Below, in pieces: positions 27,070 through 37,161 of a stretch of 46,841 nucleotides of DNA. The notes under the pieces were generated by a model that worked only from the letters and a program-made list of their open reading frames with translations, was not told where the DNA came from and did not search any database. The position numbers and the translations under genes are program-made. Each line of letters opens with the position of its first letter. Position 1 is the first letter of the stretch. The DNA comes from Bigelowiella natans CCMP2755 (lineage: Eukaryota > Protista > Cercozoa): NCBI GenBank assembly GCA_000320545.1, contig ADNK01000719.1, positions 1 to 46,841 on the forward strand, read 5' to 3'.

Positions 27070-28826
27070 ATATAAATGTATATGTGGATTAATTTTAGAA
27101 TTCTAGACGCTCACATGCCGATGTACGGCTCAGCCAGCGGGCTGGTACCCGGTGAGTGCCTCACGCCTATTCCCGCCGAGGAAGTCGAAGAATTGCGCTT
27201 AGAAGCCCGACTAGGGGCTGTGCAGAGCTTCGATGAGGAGCGCCTTGGAAAACTGCAGAGGGAAGAAGAGCTGGAGGCCTCGGCCGCTCGGAGCATAGCG
27301 CACGCCCTTGCCTCCCTCGGGCGAAGGGTTTGCTGTGAGTTGTGTTCTATGGAGGGGACCTTTGAAAGGCTGGTTACAGAATGCCGCGACTGCAAAAGCG
27401 GGGCTTGGGGGCATCGGCTTGTTGAGCTAGACATGGACGCTGCGGAGGCGAAGGGTGACACGCATGAGGCGAAGGCCGGGGGGCTGACCGAGATCGGAAC
27501 AACCCTGCAGGATGGCGACGATGAGAAAGCTGGTAAGGAGGAGAAATGGGCTAGGCTCAAGGGCAGCAATAACGTCCTCAGAAGGTGGCTTTCCTGTCTC
27601 CGTCTCTCCACCGAAAATGGAAATACCTCCGCCATCGAATCACCGGCTTTCCCACGGCCTTCTGGTTCATTCTTTGTTGCGCACAAAGACTGGAAAGCGA
27701 ATTCTTCGCACCTAGCGACGTTGTGGCCAGGGATCGATGTTGATGCTGCTCGCCATTCGCTGCATGTGAAGAAGGGCGATGTTCTCCGCATCCTCAGCTC
27801 CCCGCCGAACCTTACTTGCATCTACGCTCAGGTAGTAAGGCCAGACTTTATCATTGTCGCTATTGTCATCTCGTTTTTCCGACTGGATGCGAAATCTCTT
27901 TGAGTTGGTGGCAATGCCGCCGGGGGGGAGGACATGCTACCGCCGCCGAGAAGAGAATGCATTTTTCACTCGTCGTTTCTTCCTTTTCTATGCCTTTCAC
28001 CACATCGCCATCTCATTTTTAACAGCCAGCCGTCCTTCCCTCCGACTCATTCTTAGGTTGTGAAGCGAGCAGATCCGAAGATGGCAGAATTGGACAGAAA
28101 GCCACGGTGCAAGCACGGGGCGGTATTTTCGGCGCTGCGTGACAACGATAAATCAAACTGGTCCTGCCAAGGCAAGGACGGCGATGGGCTCTGCCCACGG
28201 CACATGAACACGCATACGCGTGGAAACCGATTTTGCAGAGCGGAGGAGTGTTGGAGCCGTTGCAGCCTGTGCGAATACTGCTTTTCCCAGGCGAAGAAGC
28301 AGCTCGAGGGCACTGCCGAGCCTACCAAAACCAGCTTTTCGGGGCTACCCCGAGGGTTTGTGCCCCTCGCAGTCCTTGCAAATTATGGTTTTGAGAGTGA
28401 AGAGAGCAGTGCGTTTATTGCGACGATTGAGGCAGAGACGCAGCGATCACGTCGAGAGAAGGTGAAAAGGGAGGAAGAACGGCGAAGAAAGGGCGAGGCG
28501 CGGAGAGAGCACAGCAAGCGCGTAGAGTGGATAAAGCAGCGACATTTTGTATCGGTTCAAAGAGCCACGAAGGAACAAGTCGTGCTAGGTCCTACCTGGG
28601 AGTATTCGGCGCAAGCAGAAGAGTGGTTAGACTTTATGGTAGGCGCAGACTCTCCTGCCGGCATATCGCTGCTCTCTGTGGACCTTTTCGTACCAAAAGA
28701 GAAGGATATTACCAAAGGTGAGAAATGTGCGGTAGGACGTGGGGTGTAACTGATTCTGGGCGTTTGGAGGTTTTTTTTCGCATCGTAACTGTATAAAAAC
28801 CACGGGCGTTGTCGACATGCGCTAAC

Positions 28827-28860
<34 letters not shown>

Positions 28861-31049
28861 GGATTGCTATTCAAGATATCTAAACTTCTGCCAAACGCTC
28901 AAGGATTCTGTCCGAATTGCGCTTTTGATGTGGCTTTGTTTGGTAGGGGAATACTTCGATCTGCGAATCTACACAGCCGATCTTCCTAGGTATGTGCGTC
29001 GATTCTTTCTTCCGCCACACACCGAAATTAGAGCATATTCTGTCAAAGCACATTTTTCCCTCATGTATTGGATTCTGACTTGCGTGGCAATTGCTACGAT
29101 TTCCTTCCCCCTTCCCACCCCCCTCTTTCCCTTCTTTTCCCCTCCCCATTCGAAGGCAATCTCGTCGACGTCCTCTTGCGCAAGCAAGATATTCAAGCAG
29201 GGTGCCTCTTGCAGGCGACGATAACGCGGACGGCAGCCAAAGTTCCATAACGGAGGATGGCCGCAGCAATGAGAGATTCACCCTAGCATTACCCCGGCCG
29301 CTCTCGGTGCGGCGTGGCGTTTGGTACACGCTGAGGCTCCTGCAGATTTCGAAACGGACTGCGAGCTGTGAAAATGCCGCTGCGTTCGCGTTTGCAGAGA
29401 TTTCCCATGGCAGGGTAGCGGATCTCACGGTACGATTCCGAGCAACAACGTTGCAGGTAGATGAGAGTTGTAGTGGAGACGCGAAAAAGAGCGAGGGGGG
29501 CGGGGGGCATGTGGGGACGCGAAATGGTGTTATAGCTTGGCCCTCATGTACAATTCCTCCCCCAAATTGCCGCCAATACCCACTCTTAGAAAGATGAGAA
29601 ATCCGGCGGAACAAGCGCTCGGTATGGGACTTTCCCAGCCCTCAACTTTAGTTGCCTCGCTGCTCACCCACCCTCCGCCATGCTGCCCAAGAACCTGCCT
29701 GAGAGTATCTCCTCGTCACCAAAGCTGGCCTTGGGTCTTGTGGGGGCGGGAAGGTGCACGATTGTCGGGATTAAACCTGGCAGTGGTGGGGAGTGGGTTG
29801 GAGGGGAAGGTCTAGTACCTGCCGTCGGAGAGCAAAACCTTATAGCTGTGTGGAAGCGAGAAGGCGGAGAAGAGGGCAAGGTACTTGACAGGGAGCGAGT
29901 TGAAAACACCTCCCGCCCATTTCCTTTTCGTTGTCCCCCCCCCCCCCCCCCGCGGAGTTCTCTCGAGCAAGCATGACTTCGTCCTGCAATAAGTTTGGAG
30001 AGTCCACCTGGAGCTGACACGCCATCAGATTGCGGAGTTCCGGACTTATTTGCGTGTCTTTTCTAGGCGTTGCTGGGGGGGATGGAGCGTGGCCGCATCG
30101 TGTTCCCGCGCGTGGCAAAGCATGAAATGTACAGCGTCTTTCGGATTCTCTCTCACACCGTTGCATACTGATAGACTGAATGCGTAACGCCCTGGTGTGC
30201 TGAAGATGGTTGTTGCTGCCCTATATGCGGTAGTAGTGCGGCATGTTTCTCTCTAGATCTTCATTGTAGTGCGCTATGGACGTCTCAAAAAAATCCCTCG
30301 TCCGAATGAGCGGTCGTCATTCTTTTCGCCAAAAATATCTAGGTACTTCCCATGAGAATGGCTAACCGCGCCTGTGAGCGGAGAGGCTCTAAAGAAAGCA
30401 TTGCTGGCGTGGGAGGAGGACGAAAAGAGAGAAGGCGAAGTCGACGGTAAGCGTCAGAAGAGAGGCTAGATGCAATTCTAACCGGCCACCACACAAAATC
30501 TACACAGCAAGAAACTCACAAACAGAAACACACAAACCGGGGAGTGCATATTCTAATCACGGTAATTTTGCAACTTGTCCCGCTTAAAGCCCGCCGCCGG
30601 TCCCGTGCTCTGCGCCGTCAGCGGGCTCGGTCTGCCTCACGCTCAAGATCACGGTCGCGCGGAACGGAGGCGGATTCCGCATCGGACAGCGAGAGAAGCG
30701 GTCAGGCCAGCCCTGCACGTGTGAGGAGACGGCGACGCAGTGGAAGCAGAGGCGGCGGCTCACGAGGAATGAAGGGTTTTGAGGAGGTTGCAAGCGGGAA
30801 AGACGAAGACGCGGACGCCCAAGCAGCGAAGTATTGGACTTGCGAGCTGTGTAAGTTCGGGAAGAATCCTGACGAGCGAGAGAGCTGTCTTCGATGTGGT
30901 GCGTACGGCTGCCTATGGGTAGAGGAAGGAGCGGAGGAGGGGGGGCAGGTCGATCTTGATGTGGTCGAGGATGGAGACGAGGATGAGGATGAGGAAGGTG
31001 CTGAGAATGGAATCATGGGAGACATTTCGGATCAAAAGGTGGAGGCATT

Positions 31050-31094
<45 letters not shown>

Positions 31095-33386
31095 TGCGCG
31101 TGAAGGATGTACAAGTGAGCTATGGAAGAAAAGAGTCCTAAAACACCTTTTTTCTCTCTCTCTGCTATCATCACCATCACCATCACCATCATTGCTATTA
31201 TCACCATCGTCGTTGTCATTGTAGTTGCACCCACAACCATTAACCCATCGCCGTGATTCCGCGTCATTATACGCAATAGTCATCGCTGCCATCACCATCA
31301 TTATCATCATTTATTATGACGGTCGATCATCAGGGGCTCACCAGCAGCATCGGAGACGCCTTTGGTCCTAACTCAATGACTGGCGTGTATTTCGAGTGCC
31401 AGCTTGAGGCATGCAGGTGCGAATATATGCATGTGTGCATATTGACAAATACATCGAACATTGATTATGCTTCGAGGCGATTTCTATATACGTTTCCCAG
31501 AATTCCCCCCCCCCTCTCCCCACCTCACCTCCCTTGTGACGGATTTCCCGCAGAACATTGACATGCCTACGGTGCTTGAAGCACGTGCCTCCGTCCCAGA
31601 AGATGACTCACGATTGCGAGGTCAGCTCCCCCGAGCGCGGCAGCGCGTGCGCGCTTTTGCCATTTCTCGTAATCGTCCACCTGTTCCTATTCTATGACGG
31701 GCGTGTCCCCAAAATCAACGAAAACAGCATCATGAAGTCTGCCCTGAGAAGACTGAGAAACCCCTCCTCAACCGTCCGATTGTTTGCCTCAGGGGTTGAT
31801 GGGCGTCGTGACCCTCTACAAGGATTTCCTCTCTATTCTTGCCAAATCGTCGTCGCAGCTGTGCCCGAAGTGTGGAAAGCCTGGGCTAAAGGTAGCTCTA
31901 GGCAATTCAATTGGGATCAATTCAATTTGGATCATCATTAATATTAACCTGCCGAGACGTTCGCTATAGCGGCAGCACCTCCGCATCTTCATCATCATCA
32001 CCACCACAATTCTTCTAACATTGACGGCACTGAAAGCGCCGATGATTGCTGGAGCTTTTTGAGTTGTATCTAGGGGATTACTCGCCCCCTCCAAGATGTT
32101 TCTTACGATGGAATCTCATCTCAGGACCTTGCGTGCACGCACATATCCTGCAACTGCGGCGCGAAATGGTGCTACATGTGCGGAAAGGACTTCACGGGTG
32201 GGTTTGGCAACCATAACAATTGGAACAATTCCAACGGTCTCAAAAAGGTAGTAGCACCTCGAGTGTCGTCTCGAAATGCGTGACTGGTAGAGAAATAAAA
32301 TAACGAATGTGTGCGGAGCAATTGTATTTTGTCACCATTATGATCATCATCATTATCGTCATAGTGATCATCACCATCTTCTGACGGAGCTCCCTCCTCC
32401 ATAACTATTCATTTCCCCCCCCCCATATCAGATTGGGCATTGCCCGCAATATTTGAGGGCGGTGTACGACAAAGGGAAGGGCTCGGCGGAGACGGCCCTG
32501 CGCCTCTTCCACATGCACAAAGCAAGGGTTATCCTGTTTAATGCTTGAGCGAAAATTACAAAAATGATGCCATTGCAGAGAACAAAGAGAATGGTTTTCG
32601 TGTCGCCAAAATGACCGTGTCGTGACGTTAGTCAACCCTTGAGTTTCACTTGCTCACAAACTCGAATCATGGGCGACTGGTGCTGCTACTGCAGCTGCTT
32701 TGACAGTTTTTCTAATTTCCTCCACATACAGATGGCTCTGGATCGCTTCTATATTAGCATGACCGCAGAGAAAAAGAGGAATTTTCCAGTAATGATGGAA
32801 AGGTCGTCACGGCGGTGTTTGCGACCCATTAAGGATATCCAGCCCCCAGATTCAAAAGAGAATATGCGGGCATTAGGAGAGGGGAGAGTGGGGGGCATGC
32901 ATAAGGCCGTAACTGCTGCCGTTATTGCAAGTTTTTGATGTCCTGATTTGCTCTTCATGCCTTCACAGGTACTTTCCTGAGGGCATCCTCGACAAGGAAG
33001 ACCACAAAGAATTAATGAGGGTGTGCAAAGAGTGCTTTCAAGAAGGCGACTCTGCCTGGGCCGTCCAGGAAAAGGTGTCTGCACGCAAGTCGCCACATAT
33101 GTGTTGCTACCGCCACGGGCGCTTCTCCAACTTCCTGTCCATGGCGCAATACTGATGATGATGATAAACACTGCAGATGTATTATGATGGTGACGATAAA
33201 CATAGTAGTGATGATGGCAGTTGTTGGATGGCTGCTCGTTTTTTACTACCATCGTTATAGCCATTATGTTTTATAGAGTATTCCTATGGTCATTATCAGC
33301 CACCGGTCGATTGGAGCCGCAGCACTTTTGACGGTGAAGGCGATGACGGCAATGACAAAAAAGATAAGGAAATCAAGGCACGGTGA
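11555..33386 (+). CDS. Giant multidomain RBR (RING1-IBR-RING2) E3 ubiquitin ligase, about 50 exons and roughly 4,100 aa: C2-like, RING1, 3xPHR, at least 4 SH3, ubiquitin-like, RanBP2-type and other Zn fingers, IBR, RING2
   Basis: Phase-consistent GT-AG exon chain traced by hand from MQSRAADS... to ...DKEIKAR-TGA (33384-33386). Domain motifs are listed separately below. Junctions at 15364-15521 and 29810-30446 are ambiguous, so a split into two genes is not excluded. Confidence 0.72.
14218..14580 (+). other. C2-like domain (C-terminal half) in the giant E3
   Basis: VVSIELHHD...EK|VLGRLEITLGGRLAPVGSITDRWYPL matches the C2 ending lG.v.i.l.....d.Wy.L. A second C2-like segment, VCVAVWRRKSLLGYFFIPIEAL, lies at ~13015-13085. 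Confidence 0.55.
14665..14860 (+). other. RING1 finger of the RBR module
   Basis: CCVCYDEF...CAMNPAGHSLCRGCFVDFV...VRCAMGC has C3HC4 spacing resembling RING1 of RNF216/TRIAD3-type RBRs. Confidence 0.85.
14999..15152. repeat. Intronic compound microsatellite (CT)n-(AT)n-(AT)n-(GA)n
   Basis: Directly visible; representative of dozens of intronic dinucleotide and trinucleotide tracts in the window. Confidence 0.95.
16171..17391 (+). other. PHR domain 1 (5 exons)
   Basis: W.FGG...IRVSKKASLLGIGGL...LDSGIPMEPNKWYKVAI..SG..AYY...SNNGTSPSSGQLPSFFF. The ending matches the PHR hallmark SNNGTS...GQIP..lF of BTBD1/2 and MYCBP2. Confidence 0.85.
16571..16712. repeat. Intronic compound (AT)n/(GT)n microsatellite
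   Basis: Directly visible alternating AT and GT blocks. Confidence 0.95.
17521..18783 (+). other. Two SH3 domains
   Basis: LFVCVKKF...LLKLAPGDVVLCV...RRGLYPGEML and LYVVRKG...LAIATGDIVEVV...QR|WWPGDSTIRL. Confidence 0.7.
18790..19330 (+). other. Ubiquitin-like domain
   Basis: MSIDGVRPTTTIAELRRKIASKIGSERRFVLSIGTKFV..LDDIP|VAMVGV...LVVQV fits the beta-grasp pattern v.p..TI.eLk.kI....g.....L...gk. Confidence 0.6.
21614..22552 (+). other. Divergent PHR-like domain 2
   Basis: IKVTASGLALTHVKVF...VTVYMKRGFVLQKGVKYALMV...RTGPVQCCYF parallels PHR domains 1 and 3. Confidence 0.5.
22660..22875 (+). other. Two RanBP2/NZF-like CxxC...CxxC zinc fingers
   Basis: CEVCMFKGKPDRNNETKCSIC and CWQCGYKSLGFVPECCAC. 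Further fingers: LKCTTC...TCLPC (~23560-23795) and WTCELCKFGKNPDERESCLRC (30835-30897). Confidence 0.65.
22945..23445 (+). other. SH3 domain 3
   Basis: LFIAVKD...SLRF|RKGDVIELV...GSVGLLRKDA|V; the L.F.KGDvI.l signature is joined across an intron. Confidence 0.7.
24198..24244. repeat. Direct duplication of ggccgccgcacacaaatatcaa in an intron
   Basis: Two exact 22-nt copies at 24198-24219 and 24223-24244. Confidence 0.9.
27670..28385 (+). other. SH3 domain 4 with an inserted Cys/His-rich zinc finger
   Basis: FFVAHKDW...SLHVKKGDVLRIL...CIYAQ|VV...[CKH...WSC...C.RH...C...C...C..C..C]...RGFVPLAVL. Confidence 0.6.
28540..29655 (+). other. PHR domain 3
   Basis: VQR...TWEYSAQAEEWLDFMV...ISLLSVDLF...FTLALPRPLSVRRGVWYTLRL...SGGTSARYGTFPALNF. 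Confidence 0.7.
31385..32450 (+). other. IBR (last six Zn ligands) and catalytic RING2/Rcat of the RBR module
   Basis: YFECQLEAC|RTLTCLRC...THDCE, then LCPKCGKPGLK|DLACTHISCNCGAKWCYMC...H...C. The predicted catalytic Cys is at 32134-32136 and the His at 32140-32142. Confidence 0.9.
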
Positions 33387-34657
33387 TAAGGAAGTCAAGG
33401 CGCGGCGCTGGTATGCTAGTGCTGGAGCATGCTACGTACGCGCCCATGTTGCGCAACAAAATCAAGCATGAAAAACGCCGCAGGACCAAGCTAGAAATGT
33501 GTCATAAACCGGGCATTGTCGTTATGTAGCCACGCTAGCACGTGCAATGCAAGTAGTCAACATTCGCGAGTAGTCTCGTGCATGTGGAAGTGTTTCTGTG
33601 GTGTAGGTGAGCAAATCAGCACATAAAAACTACTCACAATAACACTTCTTGAAGTAGTACGCGAAGAAACAGTGACAACTATCCTACTGTCCTACGCACA
33701 GGCCCTAGCTAGATCTAGAGATGCAGTCTCAAACTGTCTAGATCATTCCGAATTACTTGCTGCTATTGATGACATGCTATGAATTCATTGTATTGCCATT
33801 CATTGTACATTCATGTGCGTAAGATAGGCATCTGATGTGTGTCTATTACTCGCAGCCAATCCATTTCGTACATCCTTGCACATGTGTAATGTTTAAGTTT
33901 TTGTTTTGCCCCAAGCTAGCAAGCCCATTCCATTGAGGAGTAACAAACAGCCAGCTTCAGTGTGCGCTTTTACCCAACTATACATCAATTCTTACTGGTG
34001 TAATGCAGTCTCATTGCGTTACGCACTGTCTAGCTGTGAAACCTACCTTTTTAGCTTTGTCATGGGTGCATGCCAGCGCACGCACACAGACTAGACGAAG
34101 TTGTACGCATGCGGCACATTAGAGCAGTGTCATCGTGTGCATATCGCAAGCTAGCAAGATAAACGCACATATGGCTATAATTAGCATTATATCGCATTGT
34201 GACACCTTCATGCGAACAATGAACCAATAAAAGTGCGTTGCACATGCTAAGTATACAATTTACATTGTGCATACGCGTTGGAATGCTTGCTTGCTGAAGC
34301 AGCGCAAAATATTTATTTATATATGTAAAGAATTACCATGAGTATTCATTGTGAGCATGCACAACTCACTTGCGTATTCGACAAGGGCCAACTCTGTTTA
34401 CGATCTGAATTAGCTACGTACTGCGTGCAGTTGCACGGGCACGAAACGAGCCCACCTACGTAGGTCGTAGCAAGCCAACATAGTTTTGCAAGCCAACATA
34501 GTTTTCTCGGTTTCAACGTTGTTACCACGAGTAGCTTGACGACTCAAGTCTAATATGTTCGCATGTAAGGCCAAGGAGCTGTGTGCGAATGTATGAGGCC
34601 AAAGCCATTGACCTTGAATCAGTGTCGTAACGTACCTGGCTGTTTGCGACGCTTACT

Positions 34658-35068
34658 TCATTTCTTCGGCTCGAGGTTCGCTAGCGACGGTATGAGCTTC
34701 TCATAAACAACAATCCCGCGAAGATATTCGCTGGAAAAACATCGAACGGGAGGACAACAGCACGTACAGTACAAACAATGTTATGCGCATACGCAAAGGT
34801 TGAAGAGTATTGATGAGAACAATGGTGCCGCGATTGTTGCGTCGCTGGCGTTGTCCAGCCCGGCCAGCATAAGCACACTACATGCATGCAGCATCAAATA
34901 CCTCGCTCCGATGAATTCGTTGTGCTCATGCAACATGATCTTCGTGTTCGCTATAGGCGAGAACCCGTACACGGGAATTCCTATTATCCGCAAACGGATG
35001 CAAAACGAGAAAATAGCAGGGTCTACTGATTGCACGACTTATACAGTCACAAAACGAGGCCAAATGTG

Positions 35069-35113
<45 letters not shown>

Positions 35114-36601
35114 TCATCGATGTTTTCTGGGGGGCAAGCAGCAAGCAAATTGTTGATTTTCCTTCCTTGGATTAAATGGTCGGCAGTACCTGCCCCTCGA
35201 ATGTAGCGCCCGTCAGTGCCTGCTGGAAATATCTCCTTCACAAGATCGATCTTTACCTCCTCCTACGCGGAGCAACGCAGGCAAAATAGGCAAATTATAC
35301 AATTTGTCATCAGGCAATCAAGACTTTACACTTTTGGCTGAAGCAATGGGCAAAGGAGAGAAGAAGCCAACCTACCCCCTACCCACCCCCTCAGTACCTT
35401 AAAGCAGTCCTCGAATGCACCCCAGAATGGCGACTTTTCTCTGCCGGAGAAGAAGAGTCTCTCAGGAACTGTACACGCGCGTGTGTGTGGGGCGATGTAG
35501 GCACAAATAAAGCACATTTAGCACTTGCATGCATATAAGCTGCCAACTACCGATCGATGGAGGACACGTGGTGCGCTGGGGTCTGACGCATTGCGATTAG
35601 ATTAAAAGGGTGATAAAGAGAGCGCCAAGTGAGACCAACGAGACATGAATAACACTCCATAACATCACCATATTGATGTTTAAAAAAAAAAAAACAACAG
35701 GATGCATTCGAGCTGCCACTCGACCTTGTAGACGAACTCGTAGCTTACACCCTCCTCCGCGGTCCATTTCTTGAGCTGATGATTAGATTGTGTTGCGGCA
35801 ATTAGCCGATATTTCTGACTAAAGCCGATATTTGCATTGATGACCAAATAAACAAATAAACAGGGGGCTTGAGTGTTCTCGCGAATGAGGGGGGGGGGGG
35901 GGGCAAAGCTCTTTTTGTGAGCATGTATCCTCGTTGGTTGGTTGATGCATGCATGGGTAGGGAACACTACCATTTCTTCAAAGTCATCCAGAGGGAGGGT
36001 GGGGGGAAGGCGAATATCAAATCTGCATTCGAAAGTTATTTGCAACTGATTAAGACTTTCATCGTATCGTCTTTGTGTTCGTGTTTGCCTCTGGCGTGGC
36101 CAAATCATATCGCCGCGACAATAGACGTTAATGCTTTGTCTATATTTGCTTATAAATCTACATATATCATCATCGTCATCATCATCATCATCATCATCAT
36201 CATTATCGGCATCATCATCACTAATATCATCATTTGCGTAGTTCATGATGGTGAAGATCGAACCCTGCCATAGCATCGGTTGGGACGACGTTCAGAGAGT
36301 ACTTCCCGTTGATCTTAACCCTTTTTTGGAGGAGAGTGGGTTTGAGAAGGACACAAGAGCCCAAAAAATAGGAAATAATTAGTAAAAAATTTATTCAACG
36401 CCAATAACCTCGTCCGTCAAAGAGCGTGTAAAGGCATGATCAATACGACTAAAGGCAAGCTTACCCCCCCTCGAGGCACGTCAGGTTTACTGTAGCTACG
36501 TCGCCAAGCTTCAGCGCTTGAGAGTGGCGGCAGCCTTCATGCAGCTTTGTGTGTTGTTCCTGCGAATTAGTGAGCAATTGTATTAGAATTGATATCACAC
36601 A

Positions 36602-36643
<42 letters not shown>

Positions 36644-36986
36644 ATTATGACAACTGCGACAGGCAAAAATATCAACGAGATTCGTCCACTCAAAATGCCC
36701 ATTTGCCGTGTCATCACAGGGCCAAAAACCATCAGCGTTTCCAGTGGCGCAATGGTGGTCCTTACACTCTTCATTTTCGTCGTCCTCTACATGCTTACTT
36801 ACTTACTTACATACTCCTACTACAACTACTACTACTACTACTACTACTACTATACCGAACCTCTCGAAACTTTAGAAGGCAATTTATGGATCGGATTAGC
36901 TTCTCCATAGCAGTGCCCTGCGATGGTGGAGAACATCGAATCAATGTGTCGTTCACCATCAGTGGATGCGCGCGCGCGCGCATATC

Positions 36987-37024
<38 letters not shown>

Positions 37025-37112
37025 ACCTTAATAAACCGACTTCCATGTCCTGTAGGCCCTTTGGCACGAATCTGTGGGAGATAATCACAAACATGTAACA
37101 CACGCATCCAAA

Positions 37113-37161
<49 letters not shown>

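Noticed and set aside
27111-27821. Long antisense ORFs (also 13219-13773, 28880-29614, 42903-43301)
   Set aside because: They are shadows of GC-rich exons or overlap a sense exon, and carry no recognisable motifs.
33390-34650. SECIS element that would make the giant E3 a selenoprotein
   Set aside because: I could not see a convincing ATGA...AA...GA stem, and the TGAs are not at redox-like positions. SECISearch would be decisive.
34658-34660. Genome-wide reassignment of TGA to a sense codon, to explain the in-frame TGAs in the giant gene
   Set aside because: ACY1 ends with TGA at the expected C-terminus, Trp is encoded by TGG throughout, and both candidate TGAs can be removed by plausible splicing.
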